Below are positions 1 to 12,699 of a stretch of 64,000 bases of DNA, piece after piece. Position numbers and translations under genes: made by a program. The notes under the pieces were generated by a model that did not search any database, was not told where the DNA came from, and saw nothing but the letters and a program-made list of their open reading frames with translations. The stretch spans positions 6,944,001-7,008,000 of the forward strand of contig OX597822.1 in assembly GCA_951406725.2 (NCBI GenBank), given 5' to 3'. The stretch is from Octopus vulgaris. Lineage: Eukaryota. Positions within the stretch are counted from its first letter, which is position 1; the number at the start of each line of letters is the position of its first letter.

Positions 1-59
1 CGTAAACTAATCACCTGTGTTTCGGTCAGTTTCTGGACTTCTCGACTGCTTCCCTCCGA

Positions 60-715
60 CTTCTACCATTGTGTTCAGGGAAACTGCGCGCTGCCATTAA
101 GCTTTATTTTCCAATCACTGACTTAGTGAGGTTTCCCACGGTGAACCAAATTCTCAGTGAATCCCAAGTGGTACGTTGTGGTACCTCAATGCACTTTGGA
201 AAAGCTGGTGAGGTACGCTTGGTTACGCTTTGACAAGACTCAACCATATAATGTAGAGTGAGTTCTTGTTCATCCTTGCTTCCTTAATGACATAACTGAT
301 CACTGATGTGTGCTCAAGGCATCCAGAGTAGCCTGTAGTTCCTCCTTTCTGGCCACTCATGTTGATGTACTCGTTCACAAAGATATATGATGTTACCCTT
401 TGGTATGTATGGCCAAAACATCTTCCCCTCAACGTTCGACAGAAAGATCTCACGAAACTGATCAAGTCCAGTTCAGTGTTCTTCTTTTGGAAGAAACAGT
501 CCTGGGTGAGTTTCCAGAACCAAGGTTCTTGCTTCCTCTTCTTCCAGATCAGATGTAAATGCCTCCGTAAATGTAATGGGAAAAATTTTGTGAATTCTAC
601 CCGCGCTATTACAAGTCTCTCGAGCAGAACCTGCACATGCTTTTGCAAAGCCTGCTCTGACTTTGTCGAAAGTAATCTCATACTGCATAACCTGCCTTAA
701 CGGCAAAGACAATTA
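60..715 (-). mobile_element. Decayed non-LTR retrotransposon RT fragment (HERO/NeSL-like)
   Basis: Minus-strand frames give FLPKEEH, SNVEGKMF and QKGGTTGYSGCLEHTSVISYVIKEARMNKNSLYIIWLSLVKA, matching RT domains 1-3 (QKGG..GCLEH..WLDLANAYG). Frameshifted. Confidence 0.75.
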
Positions 716-958
716 TATTAGCGAAATCAATAATTCTATTTGACAATGTGCAAAGATCGACAGACACATCAGACAAAAAGAATTACACAAGCTTCCGCCG
801 AATAAGCATCTGGTAGAGTCAGCAAATTCAAGATCTTTATCTCTACAAATTTACAATGAATGACCCACAATACTGAAAGCTATTTCAATTACATTTGATT
901 AAGAAATTCTTACCTAAACTGAACGTGTAAAAAATACACGAACGCACACATATATACA

Positions 959-993
<35 letters not shown>

Positions 994-1693
994 ACGCACA
1001 TTAATAACTGGCCTTCCGAAACAAATTTGATAGAATCGATTTTCTACAGCTATATAATATTACAACTTCCAGAAAAAAAGCCTTTTTCACAGCTATGTAG
1101 CTGTAAAAAGGGTGCTAACACTTGAATGCTCCACTTACTGGACACTGGCAGACTTAAGTGGTTATCAAGAGAGAATGAATTCCATTTCGGGGACTCCCTT
1201 TCGTCGGCTTATTGTGCACCGGCACCTCACTGAAATGAATTCCCACTTGTTAGGCCAACTGGCTACTAGGTTTCACACTATAAGATTCTAGCCATTCTTC
1301 ATCGTGCCTTTTTGATCAAATACAGTGGTTTGCATTCTCTACTCTAGTTTGGATATCGCTCATGACTTTATTTCTTTGCGTTGAGTTAAACTATACGACA
1401 ACAACCATCACCTCATGCTGCTTCCTGTATATCGAATGGATAATGTTGAAATTTCCAACTTGCGCTTTCACATTCCGCGAGGAGATATTGATGACGACTG
1501 ATCTTTCGAGCCAAACCGGTGAGAAAATTTCTCTTCAAAGATAATATTGTCACAGTGCAATCGGACATGTGCCTCCAGAATCGGCCTTATTCAGCCAACG
1601 CCATAAAGACAACACCTAAAGATCCGAGACGACGTCGTCATCTGTCAGGATGGACTGCCTTAAGCAAGTATGTACATATATGTATGTATATAA

Positions 1694-1751
<58 letters not shown>

Positions 1752-1754
<3 letters not shown>

Positions 1755-1901
1755 TTTGCCTTTTTTTTTCCGTGTCCCTTTCTGTAGAAGAGCGTAGGCA
1801 CGAAACGTAAAATACATTTTCTATTCCTGAGCCTTATACTAATACATCTGTTTGTCTTGTGCACCGCCTGTCTTCGTCTTTTGTGTTTTTTCGTAAACTC
1901 T

Positions 1902-1905
<4 letters not shown>
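1752..1905 (+). mobile_element. Short PLE-terminus-like element between (TA)n tracts, with hammerhead-like motif
   Basis: Bounded by (TA)n on both sides. Its 3' part resembles reverse-oriented pieces at 14741-14800 and 47190-47260. Confidence 0.55.
1778..1813 (+). ncRNA. Minimal hammerhead-like motif (core CUGUAGA, A6U)
   Basis: ttt-CTGTAGA-a-gagc gtag gcac-GAAAC-GTA-aaa. Stem II has one mismatch. Confidence 0.5.
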
Positions 1906-1972
<67 letters not shown>

Positions 1973-3173
1973 AGAGGGAGGCGAAAATCGGCCCCGAAGG
2001 GGGTTATTGAGTACAGTTGATGTTTCTCCGCATCACCGGTGTTAATTAATAGCGTGTATTCCAAGGCAAACGCATGCGTAGACAAAATTAGTCGCCACCG
2101 ATAAATAGGTAAAACAATGAATAAAGAATCAATACAATCGGGCAGTGTTCCCAAAATTGCGCCGGTTCAATGAAACTGTATAACCTCAGAATCCGTAACA
2201 AATTAAAGAACCATCTACGTTTTATACTGTATGTAAAGACAATGCGAAAGCAAATTTACTATGTCATTGTTGCGGAGATAATACCTCTTACGGGCGTGCT
2301 GTGTTTGTTTGTCTGTGGACGAATAACACCATTAACATGTATTTTTGTGATATATTTACACTAAGTATGATACGTAGATAGCTATTGTAACTTGATACTG
2401 CCTCTGTTGCCTAAAACAGGTGTCCATTTCAACGGACGACTATTTGCAACATTGTTTCATATATCGCTGTCTACAAATTACATCTATGTATGCGCTGCCC
2501 GGTCCAGTATTTTAATATACAACCTTGAACATGACCCACATACCGTAGCCAATTAGCCACACGCATTCAGTCGCACACATACCTTCTCTTTAAAATTTAT
2601 ATGATGTGTCCCAAAACGATATGATGGTTATAGCTATAGCAGATCGATTATCAGGATACTCCACCAGGGTAGACCTGGGGCTAAATAATGAAATGCAAGA
2701 ACGTCATTACCAACAATAATCATATAACATATTTATTTTGTAATACACAGAAAAAGCAACAGGTAACGCTACATCAATATTGTACATCGATCGTCAGAAT
2801 TTTCTATGCACAACAACGGGGAAAATAACACCGAACAATATAACCGACAGCAACAATAACGGCATGAATGACGCTTACATAATCTTTATTCTGTAAAGCT
2901 GCATCGATCTCGTGCTGTCTTTTCAAATGTATTTACATTCGAAAAGCAAATTTTCATGAACGTAATCGGAATGCATAACACATTAGTTTTATGCAGCTGT
3001 CATTATATTATGTCAATCTTAAATACAAAAACGCGCAGCGACCGCAGCGACGGCAGAAAGAACAGCACTGATGAGAAAAATAACAAATTGACTCGTAATA
3101 TTATATTGAAATATAATCGCAAGGCACAAGTTATGAGGAACATAACTTACTTCCATAATAGAAGCGTCTATGT

Positions 3174-3509
3174 AAAGACATGGGTATGGAAGATTACATA
3201 AGAGATAAATAATTCAGGAGTCAGAATAGTGAGGTGTGGCAAATTGTTCAGAGCATAGCAGGGGTTGATTTCCAGAAAGTTTTTGAGAGTGACTACGTCC
3301 ACACATTCTGAAAAGTTTAGCCATAATTTGGTCAGATGACCAAAGACATGGGTATGGAAGATTACATAAGAGATGAATAATTCAGGAGTCAGAATAGTGA
3401 GGTGTGGCAAATTGTTCAGAGCATAGCAGGGGTTGATTTCCAGAAAGTTTTTGAGAGTGACTACGTCCACACATTCTGAAAAGTTTAGCCATAATTTGGT
3501 CAGATGACC
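3174..3509. repeat. Head-to-tail 168-bp tandem duplication
   Basis: aaagacatgggtatggaag...cagatgacc occurs at 3174-3341 and 3342-3509, with one visible substitution. Confidence 0.95.
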
Positions 3510-4399
3510 AACGTTAGTCAAACGCAACATTTTCAGAAACGAATTTTACAGATTCCCAGCCATATCATTGTACTAAATATAACCAAACCGGACTCCATTA
3601 GAATAGGGACATTTCAAGAATACGATGCTATTTTCCTCCATGGTGCTTAGATCATAACCAAAGTCTTCACATATGTGGCATTCATATATTGGTTAAATAC
3701 GAATGGCCTAGATTTGAATTCCCCAAATGGCAAGGGGTTTTATTTAAAAATTTGCTTTCGGTTCAAAATAAATATAGGTAACACGCGTTTCGTTTAACTT
3801 ACATTTTCGTTAAATCAGTGTTTTGGTTTACGTTGAGATGAAAAGTGATCTTATTTCCCGTCTGCCATGGAGATTTTCAGAAATATTAGTTCCGAGTTTA
3901 ATTTCTATAGCAAAACATTTACCTGTGTTATGTCCTAGTCTCGGATGTATTAATTTGTTGAAAGTTTCTAAAAAAAAAACAAAAGAAAAGAAAAACCATT
4001 TTAACAGACACGGTAATTGGGTAAAGAGAATGTTATATCTTGTGTCGTCTCATTGTTTCCAAAATAAACGTATTTAACAAAGAAAGTTATTGATAAAATT
4101 GGAAAATTTATATAAATTTGAAAATTGAATTCAGAATTACCTTGAGGTGCATATTATTTGGCGAACACTGACACATTGTTGCCCCGAAGAATATACTTAG
4201 TACCCAAATGAATAAATAGCTCAGCGACAATGATAACCCCTTCCATTTGCTGCAGTATATTCGTGAAATATTTACCGTACTTGAATAAAATTTTTAACAA
4301 AGCTGGGTAACAACAACGTAATGATCCAACGAACTGCCCACGAACTATACACGAACCAACGAACGATATTTCAACAAAATACCAAAACCACACCTTACG

Positions 4400-6050
4400 A
4401 CTTCCAGGGATAAACGCTTACTCTCTCTTTCTTTATTTTGGCGCTGCGGCCATTCACGCAGTGGGGACAGTACAAGGACAGAGAGAACAGCATAGTGGGG
4501 ACAAAAAACTTAAAGTGAATGAAAATGATAAAGATCTTATATAATAATGAAAATGAAATGGCTGGCTGCATGAGCCCCACTCTCATGCGGTACCATTTGA
4601 ACGTTTAAACGTACAGTTTATAATCGTCTTTTTTCTTTTGTTTTTTTCCCATTATTATCGTTATTTTTCCTTTTAAAAAAAAATGAAACAATTTTACTTG
4701 CTTTTTTAATATCTAATGAATGGCTGTAGTTCCTTTAAGTCTACCATCAAACTCCTCCACAACTCCTGGTGGATCAATGCCTCTTCCACACATTTCTTGT
4801 AGCCTGTGATATCTCTCCTTATCGACTACAATAGCCTTCACATTTTCCGAATAAATATCTGTGGGTAACTCACCCTTATAATGGATTATAATTTCATTAT
4901 TTTTCTCTCGGTTTCTGTGCTCTTAGCTTATGTTACAACATTCCAACTGTGCTTCTTCGCCTTTCTTCCTTGTTTTCCTTTCCCTTGCTCTACTCTTGAT
5001 ACCTTCTTTCTGTCCTTAGCCTCCTCCATTTTCGATAGTGTCTCTTTATCACCCTCGTGCTGTGGTTCACCTAAATCTTTCGCCTCCACTGGTACAGGCA
5101 GTGTCCTTGCTGCAGTCCCCTCCTTCTCAAACTCTTTCTCTACTGCCTTAACCACTTATTCTTTACTTTTTATGCTTCTCTGGCGGAGAGATTACTCTAT
5201 CACTTCTTTTTCGCTTTTTTGACCACTGTGAACTTCTGCTCTGCTCCTGCCGTCTCCTTCACATCGTCGTGCACCACTTGGTCGAAGCTCTCCTGCTCCT
5301 CAAGCTGTTCCATCTGATGTTCCCTTTCTCTCCTGGGGCACCTCGCCTTAATATGACCTTTCTCTCCCTATAGGTAGCCTTACATCATCGGGCAGAATTA
5401 TTTCCTTTGCAATCCTGTTTACATCTTCCAAACTTGCTTGTATGGCCATCTCTATGCCTTACCCCGTCAATTCTTGGTTCTCATCACAATAAGTATCTTG
5501 GCTTCTTCTTCCATGTTAAACATTATGGCTGCCATCAGGCTTTTTTTTTTATTTCTGGGGGTACTTTACCACCTCTCACCCTGGGAACACGCTTACCACA
5601 GTACATCGGCAATAGTGCCCATCCTTCCGTTCTCATGGCCGCGGTGGAGTGCTTTATCGCTTCGTTTTCCGTCGCGAAACGTGACATACTTCCTTCCTCT
5701 TGTGATAAACATTGTTAGCTTCTTGATCTCCTTAAACACTCCTAAATACCTTCAATAATTTCTATTTCAACTTTTGATAACTTTAGTGCTTTATATGGTA
5801 CGGTTCTTTTCGTTACACTGTTTGTGAGTTCCTCCGGTGGCGTTAATTTTAACGTGTTCCCCTCCTTTGTTAACAGTTTATTTTCATATTCCTTCAGATT
5901 CCTCAGCTCAAGCTTCACCTCACGAACCTCCAATGCTTCAACGTCCATTCCTCTGCCAGTTGCCGCCGCACAACGGTGGCTTCCCGCTGGCACTTGTTCC
6001 ATCTTTCCCACAAATGGGATGAAAACAAACACAATTCAACAACAACAGTA
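4400..6050 (-). mobile_element. Decayed Gag/ORF1-like retroelement segment with degenerate zinc knuckle
   Basis: Minus strand near 5334-5380 reads GYL*GEKGHIKARCP, a CCHC remnant. It is followed by a Glu/Lys-rich tail (ORF 4928-5155). Many stops. Confidence 0.6.
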
Positions 6051-6126
6051 ACAGCAATTTCAACATCTATAATCATAAGTGCACCCACGAGGGGAGACCT
6101 TCCACAAATAATCAACAATGTGACTC

Positions 6127-6336
6127 ATGTCCATCAGAGATCAGAACAGAAAACACCGACAAACGACAAAAGTTAACGCCTACTCTCTGCTATCTCACCT
6201 AGACGGCTACTATTTATATCGTTCAGCCAAGTCTGTTCTCGCAGGGGGTGTCGCAACTCTCGTCAGAAAAGATATGTACATCAAAGAGACTTCAATACAA
6301 AGCAGAATTATTCAAAGGTCCATCGCGTCTCTATAA
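6127..6336 (+). mobile_element. LINE APE endonuclease fragment
   Basis: LDGYYLYRSAKSVLAGGVATLVRKD matches the APE motif GY..YR.DR...GGVA..VR. Confidence 0.55.
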
Positions 6337-7799
6337 AGAATGGGGGTTAGGAAGTAAATACCACTGACAAACCATTGACGAGACTGCAGAAAATATATAA
6401 ATTTCTTGAATATAATTCCTGTCGTAGAAATACAAAACATCCTGGTAACGATCACTATTCTGGTAATGATCACAATCTTTTAAGCAAAGAATTCCTGGCT
6501 GTTTTGTAAATATCTCCGACAAACGAAGCATATATACAAGCATCTACGAATTCTTCCTCGCATCACCCTTAAAGTCTGTATAGAGGATCTTGTCAAGTTG
6601 TTTAAAATTTTCGTAGACTTGTTTTTATAATGAGTGTGTATTGTGCAAGAAAAACAGATTGAAATCGTGCTTCATTGTAAAGTAAATTAGATTTATGAAT
6701 GATTAAATAGCATTTAACTCAGCTATCCATCATCCCAACAGTAGTAAACAAGCTATTTGAGCTATTCTCCATTATCGCCTAAGTACAATAGAATTTCTGT
6801 AGGTTTTTTAGGCACCCAATAATCCTGTAATCATTCTACTTGAAATCCTCTCATTGATTCTAGATGTTAAAGACATTGCTTTCTCTTAGTTCTCCATTTG
6901 TTTCAGCATCTAGCTTGGCGGAACTTCATTACCATTATTCTATATTCAACAAACAATAAAGCACAGTTTGTCCTACTTAAACACCCTAGAAAAATATAAC
7001 GACATTTTCCAGATTTTGTATGAGAAACTGAACAATTTCATTCCGGATTTCATCGAGAACGTTTGCACCTATCAACGTTTTATAGGATACTTTTCTGTTC
7101 CCAACATAATATCTACAAACAAAACGGAAATATTTTTACATTCATGTTTGCCATAATTCTACAAAATCACAGCACAAAAAAACAATATGAAAGATAAAAT
7201 ACCATTTCAGATATATAAATATATTTTTTGTAAGTTCTACAAAGAGTTATTGAATACAAGATAACTATATGAAGAAATAATATGACAGAGAAAATCAAAT
7301 AACACTTCATATCATTACTGTTGAATTAGTAACGGAGCAAAAATTTTAAACAGCCCCCCCCCAAAAAAAAAAAAAACACACACTAATATGAAAAGAAGAA
7401 ATCGTAATAACCTGTTACAGTATCAGTTATAAGATAAAATAGAAAATTAGAAATACTTAGAAATTAAGGAACGAGAATGTGTCCAAAGGAAAGGAATGGT
7501 TATCAAAGAACAAAGTTGCCATTTACTTGAAGCTAAATGTCAAATTTGCGTAATAAGAATCAGTATGTTAGATGTTTCTGAAATAAGCTGCAGGTATAAT
7601 GTAATCAACTAGAAATTTCCAATTAACAATACTGGAAAGAAATCTGATAAAATATTGAACGAATTTAAAATATACTATGCAAAAGAAGGCAAAAACGTTT
7701 TGGCACAAATACTGGTGGCAGTATTTTTTCTTTAAATTGGAAAACTTTTATAAGATATCGAAAGAAGTTCTAGAGAAGTATATAATAAATATTGATTTC

Positions 7800-7977
7800 A
7801 AATGTTGACACAAAGACAGTGAATTCGGGGGAGGGGTCTAATAGATTACATCGACCCCGTAGGGGATGAAAGGCAAAGTCGACCTCTGCGGAATATGTAT
7901 TCAGAACGTAAAGACGGGTGAAATACCGCTAATCTTATGGACCGTCGTATTAACGATCCTGGCAGCTTGCCGCCTTA
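7800..7977 (-). mobile_element. tRNA-derived SINE, family A (degenerate, internally deleted)
   Basis: gattacatcgacccc...gatgaaaggcaaagtcgacctc...cagcttgccgcctt aligns with the cleaner copy at 41066-41300. Confidence 0.8.
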
Positions 7978-7987
7978 AAGTATGTAA

Positions 7988-8382
7988 TCTTTATATATAA
8001 AAGTCAAGTTGTGTGTCTGTCTCCTACGATTTAGATTCCTAACTACTCCCACATTTTGCGGTGCAGTTTAACCAAAACCGGGTATCTTATAGTTGTGATT
8101 CATATCGAGCCCTTCTGGGTATTAGCGCGCGTCTACGATGAATAAACGATTTTTAAAACAATTACCATCATTTTTTCCATTTTAATGCATTTTTTCGCTA
8201 TTATATAAGGGAAGTAACTCTCTAACAATGTCTACGATAAGTCAACGATTTAAAAAAAAAATTACCATCATTTTTGTTCTATTTTTAATGCATTTTTTTG
8301 CTATTTTTGGCTATAACTCTCTAAAAATGCTTATATAGTTATTTCCCTTACAAACCCGAGCAACGCCGGGCGATACTGCTAG
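7988..8382 (+). mobile_element. Non-autonomous Helitron
   Basis: Starts A|TCTTTATATATAAAAG. Ends with hairpin cccgagcaacgccggg (8355-8370) then CTAG|T. No TSD. Internal ~70-bp duplication (8131-8200 / 8230-8310). Confidence 0.8.
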
Positions 8383-8518
8383 TATATATTAAAAAGGAAA
8401 CGAATACAAATCCCGACGAAATAGGGATAAAATAAACACGAAAGATTTTTTCTTATGAAGAAAAACAGAGCCTGAGATTTCAGAGTTATACGATGAGGCC
8501 GAAGACAGTACAACGTCA

Positions 8519-8800
8519 AGGCGCAGGCGTGGCTGTGTGGTAACAAGATTGCTTTTCAAACACACGGCCCCGGGTTCAATCACACAGTGTGGAAAATTGG
8601 GCTAGTGTCTTCTACAATAGCTTTTGGCCAACCTAAGCCTTGTGAGTGGATTTGTTAGATGAAAACTAAAAGCTCGTCGTGTATGTAAATATATATGTGT
8701 GTGTGTATATGTGTGTGTGTATGTGCGTGTGTGTCTTTGCGTCTGTGTTTACGTCCCCAAAACCAAGCGGTTCGGTAGAGAAACCGATAGAAAAAAGTAT
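8519..8800 (+). mobile_element. tRNA-derived SINE, family B (degenerate, 3'-truncated)
   Basis: aggcgcaggcgtggctgtgtggtaa head, gggttcaat B-box, gccttgtgagtggatttg, internal (TG)n, gcggttcgg. Homologous to 29501-29939. Confidence 0.8.
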
Positions 8801-9751
8801 ATCTTTGCCATACCCAACGCTATACGGCCTGGATTCTAGAATATCAAATTTTGAATGGCAGTCATTGCGTGGCCGTTGTTTTCCATGAAACCAAATGGCT
8901 CATGTTCTCTATTGCCTTTATCTGATCATACAAAAAAGAAGAGTGTAATATAATATAGCATAAACTATAATATTAGTTTTTGTTATATAAAAACTATAGT
9001 AACACGTTTAGTAGTTTGCAGTTCTTCAAAATGTAGTTTTATATACAAACAACGAATGGTGGAGACGTTACACATGTTTGCCAACGTTATTAATAATTTA
9101 CAAAAGTTTGCTAATATATACATGTCTCAGTTAAACAATTGAAAGCTGCTTGTTTTTGTAGATATTAAATGCTTTAACCACGCGGCAGAATGTAGCCACG
9201 TTGACCATAAGTACGAGCTGAGTTTGGTTCCGATTCTTTGAGAACTGTAGTGCGAGACGACGAGATATCTTGCACATCCATCAAGAAGAAAAAGATTTTG
9301 CAATACCAGGCGATTCGAGGGTGAAAAGTAAGGAAACAGAAAAAGAATGAGAAATCCCAGCCACTGCAGGACGGGATTGGAAAGTTATGGGACACAATGA
9401 AATTAATGGTGATACCGGTGCTTACTGGAATATTAGGAGCAGTTATAGTTTATGCTATGGTTTATATTACACTCTTCTTTTTTGTATGATCAGATAAAGG
9501 CAATAGAAAACACGAGCCATTTGGTTTCATAGAAAACAACGGCCACGCAATGACTGCCATTCAGAATTTGATATTCTAGAATTCAGGCCGTATAGCGTTG
9601 GGTATGGCAAAGATATACTTTTTTTCTATCGGTTTCTCTACCGAACCGCTTGGTTTTGGGGGCGTAAACACAGACACAAAGACACACACGCACATACACA
9701 CACACACACACACATATACAGACACACACATATATATATTTACATACACGA
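8677..9751. repeat. Inverted duplication, ~295-bp arms (8677-8970 / 9443-9751)
   Basis: The two arms are reverse complements with a few substitutions. Spacer is ~470 bp. Confidence 0.95.
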
Positions 9752-9954
9752 AGGGCTTTGAAAAACATACTAAGAATATTGGATCTGCTGTCAGGCTCGA
9801 GGTGATGTAGAAGACAGTTTTATTGGGTGCAGCTAGCATTCTAAGGAGAGTATTGTCTCTTTGAGTCAAGGAGAAGGCACTACTTGAAACCTTTGGTGAT
9901 TTGTTATTGCCTGGTAATTAAGAATTATCCGAGAGTTTTTCAAAACAGACCACA

Positions 9955-9955
<1 letters not shown>
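9290..9955 (+). mobile_element. R4/Dong-like LINE 3' end (REL domain), split by the inverted duplication
   Basis: DFAIPGDSRVKSKE..GKLWDTMKLMVIPVLTGILGAV / KGFEKH..KTVLLGAASILRRVLSL*, then a 3' UTR ending at the microsatellite. Confidence 0.75.
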
Positions 9956-10033
<78 letters not shown>

Positions 10034-10136
10034 GCTACTACTACTACTAATATTAATAATAATAATAATAATGATGACGATGATGATAATGATGATGATG
10101 ATGATGATGATGATGATGGTGAGTATGATGATGATT

Positions 10137-10187
<51 letters not shown>

Positions 10188-10245
10188 GTTATGATGATGA
10201 TGATAATAATAATAATAATAATAACAGTAACAGTAACAGTAGTAC
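9955..10245. repeat. Compound trinucleotide microsatellite (CTA)n/(AAT)n/(GAT)n
   Basis: Seen directly. Confidence 0.97.
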
Positions 10246-10257
10246 AGTAAGAGATAA

Positions 10258-10350
10258 GTAATGGTGATACCGGTGGTAATTAGAGCATTAGGGGGAGTTT
10301 GGAAGGGCTTTGAAAAATATATCAAGAATATTGAAGCTGCTGTCAGCCAC
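10258..10350 (+). mobile_element. Short R4/Dong-like REL fragment
   Basis: MVIPVVIRALGGVWKGFEKYIKNI is homologous to 9407-9442 + 9749-9795. Confidence 0.7.
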
Positions 10351-10379
10351 CTATGAAAGCAGTAATTAATTTAAGAAGC

Positions 10380-10895
10380 CGACATCTAGAAAACTCTGAA
10401 AAAGCAACAGGAAACAAAGGTCTCAACTTTGCGATAACCATCAAGCACAGTCCCTACTTGGACATAATAGCCCCTGATGAAGAGATAGCTGTAAAGATAC
10501 TAAAAGCTCTGGAAGATGAAGTAAGGGGGGAAGCGAGACAGAAATTAGAAAAAAAGCGTAGAAACGTTCGCTTTCAAAATACTACAGAGTGACAATTCCA
10601 TCATAATACTTCCAGCGGACAAAGAAAATGCTACAGTGGTGATGAACATGTCTGTTTACTCAGAAAAAATTAGCAAAGCTTATAAGTGATGTTAGCTACA
10701 GCAAAGTAAAGAAAAAACCAAACTCTGAAAAGAGAGAGGAAGTTGTCCCATCTTGATCAAGAACGATAATCACTTTACACCAATAAAGTACAGACAACTG
10801 ACTCAACACTACAGTAAACTACCTGCATGTACGGTCTCCCTAAGATTCACAAAAATGGTATTCTATTAAGACCTATAGTGAGCTGTAGAGGTTCA
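10380..10895 (+). mobile_element. Penelope-like RT N-terminal fragment
   Basis: KGLNFAIT, ILPADKENATVVMN and YGLPKIHKNGILLRPIVSCRGS motifs. Frameshifted. Confidence 0.85.
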
Positions 10896-11099
10896 GCATG
10901 TTATCCGCTGATCCGCGTTACTCACAGAGTGAATGTAGCATGCTGGCACTGAAAGAATAGACGAACGGATATGACAATCTAGGGAAAGTAATCCACTGTG
11001 CACTACGTAGAAAGCTGCGATTTGAACATACCGATAAAGGGTATGAGCAAGAACCTTGAACATGAACATGAAGGATTGGTTTATGGCGTTACTACTCCT

Positions 11100-12680
11100 G
11101 TAGAATTTATACTGATCGTGTGATACTAGCAGCTGCATTGACTGTTTGGTTATTCCTTGAAATTATCCTTTCGTCTTTGGACAAAAATCTTCCAGAAAAG
11201 TTCATATCGTTGAAACCTATCAATGCGCCAATAATTCTCGATGGAACGCCATGATGGAACTTTGACCGATTGCACTGCCTGCCTAGAAGGTTACTCTGGG
11301 TGCTTTGTGCAACTTTAAGTATCTAGCGCCCTGATCCTGAAATATACTTCTCTTAAAGGAACAAGTCAAAAAGTATGTCTGACAAACGGTAACGGCACCT
11401 GCTCACCGTTAATAAAACACTACAAATGTAACCTGCCATCATTAGATACGATATAGCCATTCCTCCTCGCAGGGTGTGTTGAGTGAAACTGTGCAAGCTG
11501 ATCGACACCCCACCCCAGGTCTTATCTACCGGGAGGTTTCGACCAAACCAGCTCCTGAATAATTTAATTAAACTCTGTGTTCAGTGCTCCAGCAGGACTC
11601 TCCAAGTGGCAAGCTGAAGGCCCACCGGTATTTCTTATTTACCTTTTGCATCGCCCCCTTTTTTTATACATTACTAGAGCAGAGCCAATTTCTTCAGTGT
11701 GCTGGCTGTCCAACATTAATATACTTTGGACGTTTGCTGACACAGCCTTCTGCGCCCAAGATCACACGGGGCGCCCCTGAAAGCTTCCACAGTGTTGGCC
11801 CACTCCCCAAATACAGCAGAAGCGACCTGGCACAAAATTCATACTAAGCGTTTCTATTCGTTTCAATTTACTTTGCTCACTGAACAATTTACTTTGCTCA
11901 AGCGGTCCATCCTCCAAGGACGGGAGCGAGAGCATCTGCTATGAGGGTAACTGCCAAGTAATGATGGGAAACCCTGTCTAAAGTTTTCCATTTATCCAAA
12001 TCGGTCATGTCCTCATCTCTGCCTATTACACAGCATTTCTATGATGTATCGTGTGAGATAAAGGGTGACATGGGAAAATCTATTTGGGATGGCGCATGTC
12101 TGTGCACCGAAGAAACCATCGACGACAAACACCAATCCCTTAGCTAATATATTAATCAAAATTCCCAAGTCTGCATTTAGCAGAATTATATACCCTTATT
12201 TAACGTAAGAGTCATCTGCTCCGGGTGTTTTCTGAGAAATAGTATCACACCCCATTTTAAAGGCCTCAGAATTTTCCATTGCCAAGAAGACTCTAACGAA
12301 GTATCTAAAGAGCAAGACTTCTAGCTCGCAGATAAAAGTGCCTGCAGTCAGCACTCCGCTCTCTAATTCCATCAATTGTTACCAGCGTTTCACAAAACTC
12401 GCCAATTCCAGTCGACTTTGAGGCAAATGTTCGAGGTAGGCCGTATATTGCAACCGTATTTCTGATCAACAGTTTGCTTCAATCACCTGAATAAAATTCC
12501 ACTCAAAAGCCGCATATATCTTACTTGAATAAGGTGTATATTTGTCGATCGATCAAAGACAGAATTGTGGATTTTTTTCACACTGCGTCTCTTCGCATCC
12601 CTCTCTCAGCACATGAAACAACACTCATTTCTTCGCGTTGTACCGCGCAAGCTTTAGCTCTGAGAATGTACTTGGTGTCG
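11100..12680 (-). mobile_element. Heavily decayed L1/Tx1-like ORF2
   Basis: IILLNADLGILINILAKGL..GAQTCAIPNR near 12090-12200 and EIGSALVMY..PVGLQLATWR near 11595-11720. Confidence 0.65.
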
Positions 12681-12699
12681 ACGAATTGGCCAAGGGTTA

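Noticed and set aside
2130-2185. Hammerhead in the unit following (TA)n
   Set aside because: Neither core nor stems could be assigned convincingly.
9884-10325. Poly-T/N/D/H ORFs and similar homopolymer ORFs elsewhere
   Set aside because: They are products of trinucleotide microsatellites.
10893-11138. Possible tyrosine recombinase C-terminus (QIAAFYVVHSGL..IR)
   Set aside because: No intact H-x-x-R or RW..Y motifs, and it adjoins decayed L1/Tx1 sequence.
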